Assembly (NCBI GenBank): GCA_963780185.1
Contig: CAWABA010000006.1
Location: 192,001 to 256,000 of the forward strand
Direction: 5' to 3'
DNA length: 64,000 nucleotides
Source of the DNA: Candidatus Bathyarchaeota archaeon
Lineage (GTDB): Archaea > Thermoproteota > Bathyarchaeia > Bathyarchaeales > Bathycorpusculaceae
The notes under the pieces: generated by a model
The model's database searches: none
What the model was told of the DNA's origin: nothing
The model's input: only the letters and a program-made list of their open reading frames with translations
In this document: positions 22,353 through 31,296 of the stretch, one piece after another
How positions within the stretch are numbered: the first letter of the stretch is position 1
Layout: each line of letters starts with the position of its first letter
Position numbers and translations under genes: made by a program

Positions 22353-23053
22353 TTCATCCCCTTTTTCTTGTTTGAACCATAAAAAGTCCGGTAAGAGACA
22401 AAAAGAAAGATAGCTAAACCTACAAAACGAGTTACCAAGGATCCTATGAATGCTGAGAAACTTGTGTCAATATACCAAAAGAGCAACGTATACTGGCTTA
22501 TTGCAAGAAAAATGAAGCCGAAAGGAATCCAAATAGTTGTTGGGTCGGGGTTCCTCACGTGACTTCGGAGGGTATAGATAGCAATGTACGAGAGGAGGAT
22601 TATGTTAACAAATCTCAAGTATACGTTAGCGTTCGAGTAATCCTTGAAAGCAAATTCTGGAGCAACAAATGCAATTAGAAGCAAAACGGCGAGAGAAATA
22701 GCTACCAGACTGATAGTTAGCTCTCCCAGTAGCGTGCCCTTTTTTGATTTCGTATTTGAAAACAAGTATGTGGCTGTAAGAAATATAAAAGCGAATGATC
22801 TTATTAGAACTGGGAGCCATATTAGCTCTCGAGGAAAACCAAGAGGCGAATATGATAAAGCTGCCAAACCGTATGATATTCCCAGAAAGGCAAATCCGAG
22901 GGGTAACCCCAGAAAAGTTCCTTCTCTAGTAAGCTTATACGGCTTTATCATGAACCTGACAAGGATAAGGCAAAGAATTGTCGCAACAGACTCTATTATG
23001 ATCCGTTCTGTAGGGTACATGTTGGTAGCAAACATGCTGCTAATCTTGTGCAT
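22349..23053 (-). CDS. Multi-pass (~7 TM) membrane protein translationally coupled to the wHTH gene
   Basis: About seven hydrophobic segments; ATGA overlap with the wHTH start. Confidence 0.75.
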   Translation of the reverse strand: MHKISSMFATNMYPTERIIIESVATILCLILVRFMIKPYKLTREGTFLGLPLGFAFLGISYGLAALSYSPLGFPRELIWLPVLIRSFAFIFLTATYLFSNTKSKKGTLLGELTISLVAISLAVLLLIAFVAPEFAFKDYSNANVYLRFVNIILLSYIAIYTLRSHVRNPDPTTIWIPFGFIFLAISQYTLLFWYIDTSFSAFIGSLVTRFVGLAIFLFVSYRTFYGSNKKKGMK

Positions 23054-23080
23054 TCTATCCTTATTTGCTTTTTCAAAATC

Positions 23081-23105
23081 CGTCCAATACTAAGTAGTTT
23101 GGACG
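23081..23105. promoter_or_regulatory. Palindromic operator candidate CGTCCAA-N11-TTGGACG
   Basis: Perfect 7-bp inverted repeat in the divergent intergenic gap between the 7TM/wHTH operon and the PQQ surface protein. Confidence 0.5.
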
Positions 23106-23235
23106 CAACCGCACAAGAAAGATTAGTGCTTTTTTTGTACTTACGATAAGTGAGTGTGTCTTATTAGGCGCTTGGTGTCATTTGAGGGTTCATAGCGCAA
23201 TATTGCGCGAAAAAATTAAGGAAGAAAACGACAAA

Positions 23236-25995
23236 ATGATTAATCTAAAAACCAAAACAATATCAATTTTGATTGCAGCAATCTTGATTAGTTCAATAGC
23301 AGCTTCAACATTTTTGATACCGACAGCTAACGCGCACACGCCATCTTGGAGCAATCCAACATTTGCTTACATTCAAGCCGTGCCTAATCCAATAGGAGTC
23401 GGCCAAACCGTGACAGTATACATGTGGCTATCTAACACCTTTGACAACACAAACCTCTACAACAACTACAGATTCCACGACTTTAACCTCACAATAACAG
23501 GACCCGACGGAAATATAGTGGCATCGCAAATTTTTGCAATAGTATGGGACCCCACAAGCAACCAACCATACGCCTTCACGCCTACAGTAGCAGGCACCTA
23601 CACCGCCTACTTCAACTTCCCAGGCCAAGCAATCACAACCAGCGACGACCTTTCAACATCATTGTACATTAACGACACCTACGCAGCCAGCTCAGCAAAA
23701 TGCACATTCACCGTGCAACAAACCCCAGTTGGAAGTTACCCCCAAACGCCGCTTCCGACAGCTTACTGGACACGCCCAATATACGGAGAAAACACTAACT
23801 GGTACACCATTTCATCAAACTGGTTAGGCTCGGGTTCAGCAGGCTACGGAACAGGCGCCTCAGGATGCACCTTCGTGCCGGGAAACGCAGTAGGACCTAT
23901 AACAAGCCACATCATGTGGACCTACCCCCTTGATTCAGGTGGTCTCGTTGGAGGAGAAGCACTTAGTGACGCAGGCACTACATATTTCGAAGGTTCAGCA
24001 TATAACACCAGATTCGAGAACCCCATCATAGTCGACGGATACCTGTACTACCAAGAACCTGTAACATTCACAGGGTATGCTAGCGGACCAACAGTCTGCC
24101 AAGACCTACGCACAGGCCAAATCATATGGACCACCACGCAAATCCCAACGTTATCTTTCGCCTACGTGTATCGCCTATACGACCCTAACCAGCACGGAGG
24201 TTTCCCACCGGTACTATTCACAAGCAACTTCGCCAGAGCCTTCGACGCATACACAGGAGATCCGCTTTTCAACGTAACCGGCGTCCCATCAGGCACAGCA
24301 ATGCAAGGTCCCTCAGGAGAGCAACTGAAGCTTATCGTTACAAACCTTGGCACATCAACCAACCCTAACCTGTACCTCAGCGAATGGAACTCGTCTAAAA
24401 TTTGGACCCTCACGTATAACCCATGGACCAAAGCAGTTGACAATTCCCCGACAATTTACAACGACTCAACCACAACCGGCGCAGCTTTAACAACAACTCA
24501 ATCAATGTACGCAAGCGTAACAGAGCCCGTTTTAGGAGCAGTCGCTGGAAACAACCCCAACGCACCTGCAACGTACAACTACCTGGTCTACGCCAACGTC
24601 GTCAACAACGCAAGCTCACTCTACAGCTACGACTTTAACAACTCGCTATCATGGCTAAACACCGTCACTCCAGTACCTACAATTGTCGCAGCATGGAGCG
24701 GGAACATGGCTATTCTCGTTAGCGGAACTATGCCGTCAGCTACTTCGTGGACACCCTACACATACTATGGCATAAACCTGAATGCAAGTGTGGGTCCAAT
24801 CGGCGAGAAACTTTGGAGCAACACACTATCAGCACCCGCAGGCAACATAACAGTCAGTTACAGTGGACCATCAAGCGCTTGCCAAACCTATGGCTACTTC
24901 GCCCAATTCTACAAGGAAACAATGCAGTTTGTCGGCTTCAGCATGTCAACAGGCAAACAACTTTGGGGCCCAACCGGCGACCAAAGCCAGCAGCAACTGA
25001 TGTACTATAACAGCGGATACAACAGCGGCGGCAACGAAGCAGGCGCAGCACAAGCGTACGGGAACATCTACTACTGTGGCTTCGGAGGAATAATGTCCTG
25101 CTACAGCCTCGCAACAGGAACGCTGCTATGGACATATGGCAACGGCGGATCAGGAAACAGCACAAACAGCGGCTTTGAAAGACCTGGAAACTATCCGACC
25201 TCAATTTTCGCCGTCGGCAACGGAGTAATATACACAACCACCACCGAACACACAGTTTCAAGCCCAATTTACAAGGGCGCACTGCAACGTGCCATCAACG
25301 CAACAACAGGCAAAGAAATCTGGACTTTAAACGAAGTCACCTCTGAATCAGGTCCTCCAATGATAGGCGCTATCGCAGACGGGTTCTCGGTAACTCTCAA
25401 CGGCTATGACAACCAAATTTACAGTGTAGGTCAAGGACCAAGCGCAACCACAGTCACTGCAACACATGCCGGTCTGTCATCCGGGCAACCAGTTGTAATC
25501 TCCGGAACAGTGATGGACATTTCAGCAGGCACCAAGCAAACTGAGCAAGCAGCAGACTTTCCATACGGCGTACCATGCGCATCCGATGCAAGCATGAGCC
25601 AATGGATGAGCCATGTCTACCAGCAACAGGCTATGCCGAGCAACTTTACAGGCGTTCCAGTAAACCTCTATGTCTTAGACTCTAACCACAACTACAGACC
25701 CATAGGCACTGCAACAACAGACCAAAGCGGCTTCTACACCTTAACATGGACTCCAGACATTAACGGAAACTATACTGTCTACGCACAATTCGCAGGCACC
25801 AACGGCTACTGGCCATCTTCATCTGAAACCTCATTCTACGTTAGCAGCCCAGCAACAACACCGACACCAACAGCTTCACCTGTATCAAATCTTGCAACAA
25901 TGTCAGACGTTACTTTTGGATTCGCTGCAGCAGTAATCGCCATAATCATCGCAATCGCAATAGTCGGCATACTCTTGCTGAGAAAAAAGCCATAA
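23236..25995 (+). CDS. Large secreted PQQ-like beta-propeller surface (S-layer-like) protein with C-terminal TM anchor
   Basis: Signal peptide (start ATG 23236), TGxxLW propeller repeats, YWTRPIYGEN, PT linker, TM, RKKP. Confidence 0.85.
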   Translation: MINLKTKTISILIAAILISSIAASTFLIPTANAHTPSWSNPTFAYIQAVPNPIGVGQTVTVYMWLSNTFDNTNLYNNYRFHDFNLTITGPDGNIVASQIFAIVWDPTSNQPYAFTPTVAGTYTAYFNFPGQAITTSDDLSTSLYINDTYAASSAKCTFTVQQTPVGSYPQTPLPTAYWTRPIYGENTNWYTISSNWLGSGSAGYGTGASGCTFVPGNAVGPITSHIMWTYPLDSGGLVGGEALSDAGTTYFEGSAYNTRFENPIIVDGYLYYQEPVTFTGYASGPTVCQDLRTGQIIWTTTQIPTLSFAYVYRLYDPNQHGGFPPVLFTSNFARAFDAYTGDPLFNVTGVPSGTAMQGPSGEQLKLIVTNLGTSTNPNLYLSEWNSSKIWTLTYNPWTKAVDNSPTIYNDSTTTGAALTTTQSMYASVTEPVLGAVAGNNPNAPATYNYLVYANVVNNASSLYSYDFNNSLSWLNTVTPVPTIVAAWSGNMAILVSGTMPSATSWTPYTYYGINLNASVGPIGEKLWSNTLSAPAGNITVSYSGPSSACQTYGYFAQFYKETMQFVGFSMSTGKQLWGPTGDQSQQQLMYYNSGYNSGGNEAGAAQAYGNIYYCGFGGIMSCYSLATGTLLWTYGNGGSGNSTNSGFERPGNYPTSIFAVGNGVIYTTTTEHTVSSPIYKGALQRAINATTGKEIWTLNEVTSESGPPMIGAIADGFSVTLNGYDNQIYSVGQGPSATTVTATHAGLSSGQPVVISGTVMDISAGTKQTEQAADFPYGVPCASDASMSQWMSHVYQQQAMPSNFTGVPVNLYVLDSNHNYRPIGTATTDQSGFYTLTWTPDINGNYTVYAQFAGTNGYWPSSSETSFYVSSPATTPTPTASPVSNLATMSDVTFGFAAAVIAIIIAIAIVGILLLRKKP

Positions 25996-26415
25996 AACCA
26001 AAAACGCAAACACAACCAAAAATTCCCTTTCCCTTTTTTTAGTCCCCAAAAACCAACAAAAAAAAGAAGAAAAAGAGATGCGGCTGAGAGGGCTCTGGCC
26101 AATATCGTGAAATGGCAATTGAAGAAATGAAGTATATTTCATTTCTCTTTTTCTCCTGAAAGAAAAATCCAAATCCGCCAGAGCCTCAGCAAACCTCTCA
26201 TAAGCCTTGATCAACTATTGTTTATGTATTTTTTGAATTTTTATTGCGAACTCCAAAACAGCGTTCCTGTCCATTATACTCGAAAGCCAATAGCTTCGGT
26301 GCTTTGAAAAACGTGAATATGACTACTACTGCGTCCACAGAATCTGGGATAAGTATTTAACATTCACATTCTTTAAATGGAATTAAAGTTCTAGCTTAAA
26401 CTGAAAGGTGACAGA

Positions 26416-27234
26416 TTGAACTACCAACTTCTTCTAATCGGGTCACAGGTGGCAGTTACCGTATCCATTCTGCTTTACTCGTCATGGAGCGACCACAAAA
26501 CCCGAGAAGTAAGCAACTGGGTTTGGGCAATCTACGCGCCAATAGCAATCGCGCTTAGCGTATCCGACCTGTTGCTCTTCGACCAATCCAAAATTATCCT
26601 CTTCGGCGTAAGCGTAGGCTTCACCGTAGGCATAGCATTTCTGCTCTTCTATACAGGGGCATTCGGCGGCGCCGACTCAAAAGCCCTCATGTGCATCGCC
26701 TTTTCCTTGCCCTTCGCACCCGTCGCCCTATTCACGCCCCTCTTAGCAAACAGCTTGTCGCCTGTTTCGCAAGTTATCTACCCAATGACCATCTTCAGCA
26801 ACGGCGTCTTGTTTGCGGCAGCAAGCGGCGTCTACATGATACTGCGGAATTATGTTTGGCATAAAAGAAGCGGAAAAGAAATGTTCACAGGAACTTTGGC
26901 GCAGGAGTCAGCTTGGAAAAAAATCCTTATCTTAATAACAGGTTACAAAGTGACGGTTGCAAAGCTTAAGGAGAAATGGCATATTTTCCCGATGGAAGAC
27001 GTTGAAGCCGATGGCGAAAGCACCTTGAACCGAAAACTGGTGGTTATTCCAAGCGAAGAAGGAAGAGACGGAATCGTGGAACGCTTATCAAACGCTGCTC
27101 AAGCTGGAAAAATCGACAACTACGTCTGGGCAACCCCAGGATTACCCATGCTAATATTCATAACTGCAGGTCTAATCGTAGCGCTGATAGGCGGGGACGT
27201 CGTGTGGATGCTAGTTAGATTTATCCTCGCTTGA
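26416..27234 (+). CDS. Prepilin/preflagellin peptidase (A24, PibD/FlaK-like)
   Basis: SWSDHKTREVSN and FGGADSKAL catalytic Asp motifs; VWATPGLPMLIFI C-terminal motif. Confidence 0.93.
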   Translation: MNYQLLLIGSQVAVTVSILLYSSWSDHKTREVSNWVWAIYAPIAIALSVSDLLLFDQSKIILFGVSVGFTVGIAFLLFYTGAFGGADSKALMCIAFSLPFAPVALFTPLLANSLSPVSQVIYPMTIFSNGVLFAAASGVYMILRNYVWHKRSGKEMFTGTLAQESAWKKILILITGYKVTVAKLKEKWHIFPMEDVEADGESTLNRKLVVIPSEEGRDGIVERLSNAAQAGKIDNYVWATPGLPMLIFITAGLIVALIGGDVVWMLVRFILA

Positions 27235-27468
27235 AAAATCAAAGGCTTCAACGTAGATGTTTTTGCCGCGTTTTGAATAAGACACAAAAGCGACCAAAGT
27301 GAGAACCGAGCCGAAAGCCATCAACGCAAGGCTGTAGCCTTGGTATGGGTAGGCGCTCCAGTTTAACATCAGGCTCGTGTTGCCTGTTTGGTATGAATAG
27401 AAGAAAGCGCTAACCACGAATAATGACAGCGCAAGTGATAGAAGACAAACTTCCGTTTTGAACTTCAA
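27211..27468 (-). CDS. Small two-TM membrane protein
   Basis: 85 aa, two hydrophobic helices, YPY motif; RBS-like upstream. Confidence 0.6.
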   Translation of the reverse strand: MKFKTEVCLLSLALSLFVVSAFFYSYQTGNTSLMLNWSAYPYQGYSLALMAFGSVLTLVAFVSYSKRGKNIYVEAFDFSSEDKSN

Positions 27469-27563
27469 ATACCCTTACCCCAATCCCCGTTATCCCGTTA
27501 GACAACCTTTTAATCGTCAGGTTGTTTTAAGCTTTTTGGAAAAAACCCTCAAGGAGCCGTCAA

Positions 27564-28667
27564 ATGTCCGCCGTGGAATGTAAGAAAGAACTGGAAAATT
27601 TTGCAAAACAGAAACATAAAGACTTTAAAGTTGCGGTTTTACCTGATTTTTTCCTTGACCGCCTCATCAACCTTGACTGGAACCCCCAAGAATTTTCAAG
27701 TTTAATCGGCGACGTAGCAAAACGCAAGGGCGGCAGCATAGATGGCATCTCCCAAACTGACATGCAGGGCGGAAACGCCGTTAACGTGGCGTCTGCTTTG
27801 GCGAATTTGGAGGTAGCGGTTACGCCAATTGTTTGCACAAGCCGCTGGGGGCTGCAGTTGATGAGGTATTATTTCAGAGGCAAAGCAGTTGACACTTCGC
27901 ACATTAAGGTGCGGGGCAAATCTTCCATAACAACCGCGTTGGAGTTCAAAAACAAAGACGCAAAAACAAACGTAATGATACGTGACTTAGGCGACTTAGC
28001 AGATTTCGGACCCAGCGACCTCGACGAAAGCGACTACTCGGTGATTGACGACGCCGATTACGTGTGCCTATTCAACTGGGCTGGCACCTTGAGAAACGGC
28101 ACAGAACTTGCCCGGGCAGTTTTCGGAAAGGCAAAAAAACAGGGAAAAGCCAAGACTTACTTCGACACCGCCAACCCCTCCCCGAACAGCGCCGCAATCC
28201 CCGATTTGACTCAGAAAATCCTGCGGTCCAATTTAATCGACATTTTAAGCGTAAACGAAAACGAAGCAATCATCTACGCCCGACTCATGGATAAAGATTT
28301 TGCCGACAAGAAGGAGCGTTTGCCGTTTGAGGAGTTGGCGATGGAGGCAGCTCGGGTTTTAGCGAAGCGTCTGCAGGCGAGGATTGATTTGCATACCACG
28401 GCTTTCTCCGCGACTTTGCGGGGCAAAACGGAGGTTGTTGCGCCTACTTTTAGGGTGGAGGTGCTTCGGGCGACTGGCGCAGGGGATGCTTGGACAGCGG
28501 GAAATATCATCGGAGACCACAACGGTTTATCCGACTTGTCACGTTTGACTCTGGCGAACGCCGTTGCAGCCTGCTACCTTTCCGACCCAGAAGGCAAACA
28601 TCCAACATGGAAAAAACTGGGCTCCTTCCTTAGGGACGATAATGAAAAGTCGTTAGTCCAACATTGA
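27564..28667 (+). CDS. PfkB/ribokinase-family carbohydrate kinase
   Basis: GGNAVNVA, NENEA, ATGAGDAW. Confidence 0.9.
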   Translation: MSAVECKKELENFAKQKHKDFKVAVLPDFFLDRLINLDWNPQEFSSLIGDVAKRKGGSIDGISQTDMQGGNAVNVASALANLEVAVTPIVCTSRWGLQLMRYYFRGKAVDTSHIKVRGKSSITTALEFKNKDAKTNVMIRDLGDLADFGPSDLDESDYSVIDDADYVCLFNWAGTLRNGTELARAVFGKAKKQGKAKTYFDTANPSPNSAAIPDLTQKILRSNLIDILSVNENEAIIYARLMDKDFADKKERLPFEELAMEAARVLAKRLQARIDLHTTAFSATLRGKTEVVAPTFRVEVLRATGAGDAWTAGNIIGDHNGLSDLSRLTLANAVAACYLSDPEGKHPTWKKLGSFLRDDNEKSLVQH

Positions 28668-28674
28668 GACATTA

Positions 28675-28712
28675 AGTCAAGAAACCTTGACTAAAACCCG
28701 TCAAGAAACCTT
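28675..28712. promoter_or_regulatory. Direct repeat GTCAAGAAACCTT x2 (24-bp period); first copy lies in palindrome AGTCAAG-AAAC-CTTGACT
   Basis: Copies at 28676-28688 and 28700-28712, just upstream of TATA-like CTTTTATC of the next gene. Confidence 0.5.
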
Positions 28713-28751
28713 TACGAATAACCTTTTATCTCAAATTGATTGAGTCCATTC

Positions 28752-29279
28752 ATGGCTGAAAGAAGATTGAATAAAAGATTATTGACTGTTGCTCTGATAG
28801 TGGTTGCAATCTCGCTAATAGCTATAGTCGTCATGTCACAGTTCAATGTCCAGCTTTACCCAACAAATAAACCACAGCCAACCGCCACTCCAACGACAAC
28901 TCCGATTGCGACACCTAATCTCTCATCAGCGATACCTGACAATGGACAACGAATCAGCGTAAACGTAACTGCTCTCAACACAGCCTATTTACCAATTCAG
29001 TGGGACCCAATCTATTTTGTTCACGTTACCAACAACGGTAATTCACCCATAACGGTGGTTTCAATAATTGCTACCGGCAATGACCAAACTAATTTCGTTT
29101 ATTGGAATGGGACTCAAATTGTAAGCCCCACTACAACCGAGAAATTTTCAAGTGTAAACCCCTATGACGGCTGGAACATGAATGACATCTATGTTTATTA
29201 CGAAATCTCAGGGCAACTCTTTGCTTACAGCTTAGCCCCTCCATCCTTACCAACCTATGCTCCCATACCTACCCCATAA
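28752..29279 (+). CDS. Membrane-anchored hypothetical protein with PT linker
   Basis: N-terminal TM, PTATPTTTP linker, beta-rich domain. Confidence 0.65.
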   Translation: MAERRLNKRLLTVALIVVAISLIAIVVMSQFNVQLYPTNKPQPTATPTTTPIATPNLSSAIPDNGQRISVNVTALNTAYLPIQWDPIYFVHVTNNGNSPITVVSIIATGNDQTNFVYWNGTQIVSPTTTEKFSSVNPYDGWNMNDIYVYYEISGQLFAYSLAPPSLPTYAPIPTP

Positions 29280-29372
29280 TTTTACTCATACGAGAAAAGC
29301 AGCTAACTTGAAGCAATAACCTTTTCCTACGGCAAGCGAAGGTCAAAAAAAGCGCATGGGCAAAAAAAATGA

Positions 29373-29570
29373 TTAATTGGCTTTGGGTTTCTTTAAATAA
29401 AGATAGATACCCGTAGATTCTAAAACTATTCCTATAATTAGCCATGGTAACCAATACAGTGACCCAACGCTTCTGCGTAGATAAAAATAACTGACTATGC
29501 CATATCCTATCCCGAAGCCACCAGAATAAGTGAGAATTCTGACTAAAAAGCCACTTTTTCTCTTACCCAT
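29373..29570 (-). CDS. Small two-TM membrane protein
   Basis: 65 aa, two hydrophobic segments with basic termini. Confidence 0.5.
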   Translation of the reverse strand: MGKRKSGFLVRILTYSGGFGIGYGIVSYFYLRRSVGSLYWLPWLIIGIVLESTGIYLYLKKPKAN

Positions 29571-30485
29571 AGAAACGTTATTTGTTCATTAGTTCTATTT
29601 TAGGTTTGTTTTAACTTCGCAGGGCAAAAAAGGGCAAGGAGAGCAAATTTAGACGCTGACAACTATGGCTTATTTGTGGATTGTTTCATAAAGAGCTTAA
29701 AGTCTGTGTCCGCAGTGGCCATATGTTCCCTCAGGCGTAACAACCTTCACAGCAAACTTTTAAAACCCTAATTTGGTTTTTCCATGTCTTTAACAATTTT
29801 TTGTTAAAAGTGTCCTCGTTTTTTGCATGTCCATTTTATAGTTTGCCCAAACTCTTAAATACCGTAAAATGTTTAGTTTTTGTCACGTTTTTGTCACCTT
29901 TTTCCACATTAGTTTGAAAGCCAAGAGCTAAATACATACAGAAACAATACTCCACTTGGCGCTAACGCCAACTGAGGATTGTTGCGGTATAGGAACCGTT
30001 ATCATCGTTTTTGCCTTGCGATGCAGGAGGCTGCATTTCTTAAAAGTGAATGAAAGGTTATGGATTCCCCGTCAAAATCTTTTCGACTTTATTCTAAGTA
30101 GCAGGGGCACTTTTAAGCTTAAATTGAGCATATTCTGATTGACCATTGTTTGTTTGCGTTCGTTTCTAACGAAAAATGCAAGCGCAAAACGCAAGAAAAG
30201 AAGACTAAATTGAGCTTATTTCATGTATGAAAACGCATGGTTAAATGTGCTGGAAGAATAAAAACCAATGTACTGATGGGTCTAGAGGCGGACAGGGGGA
30301 GGGGGTCTAGTATTTGTGACCAAAATCCACCACAAATATGGGTTAGCCATGCCCAACCAAGGGGGTACCCTCATTTTTACATCAAATTTCCAAGGTAAAA
30401 ATGGTTCAGACAACAGGAGTGAAGTCTACTATTTGTGAACATGACCCATCACAAAAATGACGTGAGCTGATTCACGGATGATTTT

Positions 30486-31121
30486 TTAGTCTATGAGTAG
30501 CAGGGCGAAGGATTCAGGGTTCTTTTCGAACGGGAACTTTACTTCGATCCCAGCGTTAGCCGCGGTTTTTCTCACGTTGACTCCCACTGCGTCTTCTGAC
30601 CAGCGAGCCAACTCGGGGTGCACGCAGACCCTTGTTTGGGTGTTGCATTTTTCGCAGAGCTGGCATGTTCCTGAAACAAACGAGACTGCAAGGCTGTAGC
30701 CTTCCTTCATAGCTGCCTTCTCCAAATCAACCACGGCTTGCAGCATCAGCTTCTTGTCTTCTTTCCAGTCTGCCCAAAACTTCGCAGCCTTCGCCTTGAT
30801 TTCTTTAGGCACCGTCGGGTCAGACTCTGCCACATTAAGGTTTTTCAGCACTTCCGCGTCGCCCGAAGCTTTAGACTTAAACTTCATAAACATGGCATAC
30901 TTGTATTCGCCGACAATTTTTCTAAACTCCTCAGCCGACGGCGTGTAGGGTGGGCAAGCGAGGGTTTTGCCGTAGTTGTTGCAGCCGATTTTGCATTTAA
31001 GAACCACGCGGTCTTCAACGACGACTTTCTTGGTGGAGATGACTTTGGCGTCAGCAGCACCCTTCTCCAACGCTAATTTAGCAAGAAACACAAATTTCTC
31101 AGGAACCATTTGAGACGGCAT
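30486..31121 (-). CDS. DUF2284-like metal-binding protein
   Basis: KCKIGCNNYGKTLACPP, GTCQLCEKC, CVHP..AR.S.DAVGVNV. Confidence 0.85.
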   Translation of the reverse strand: MPSQMVPEKFVFLAKLALEKGAADAKVISTKKVVVEDRVVLKCKIGCNNYGKTLACPPYTPSAEEFRKIVGEYKYAMFMKFKSKASGDAEVLKNLNVAESDPTVPKEIKAKAAKFWADWKEDKKLMLQAVVDLEKAAMKEGYSLAVSFVSGTCQLCEKCNTQTRVCVHPELARWSEDAVGVNVRKTAANAGIEVKFPFEKNPESFALLLID

Positions 31122-31296
31122 TATTTTTTCACTAAGCTCTTTGGCTGACGCTTCTTTTCATATAAACGTTTAGCGGACGCAGTCGGAAAAATCTCGTCTA
31201 GAAAACCTGCAGTTTGCCTTTTGGTGTGGTGCTTGGCTTTTTTACATGCTGGTGAGCGCAAGGATAATATACTGAGTCGTTAAATGATGTTTCTGC

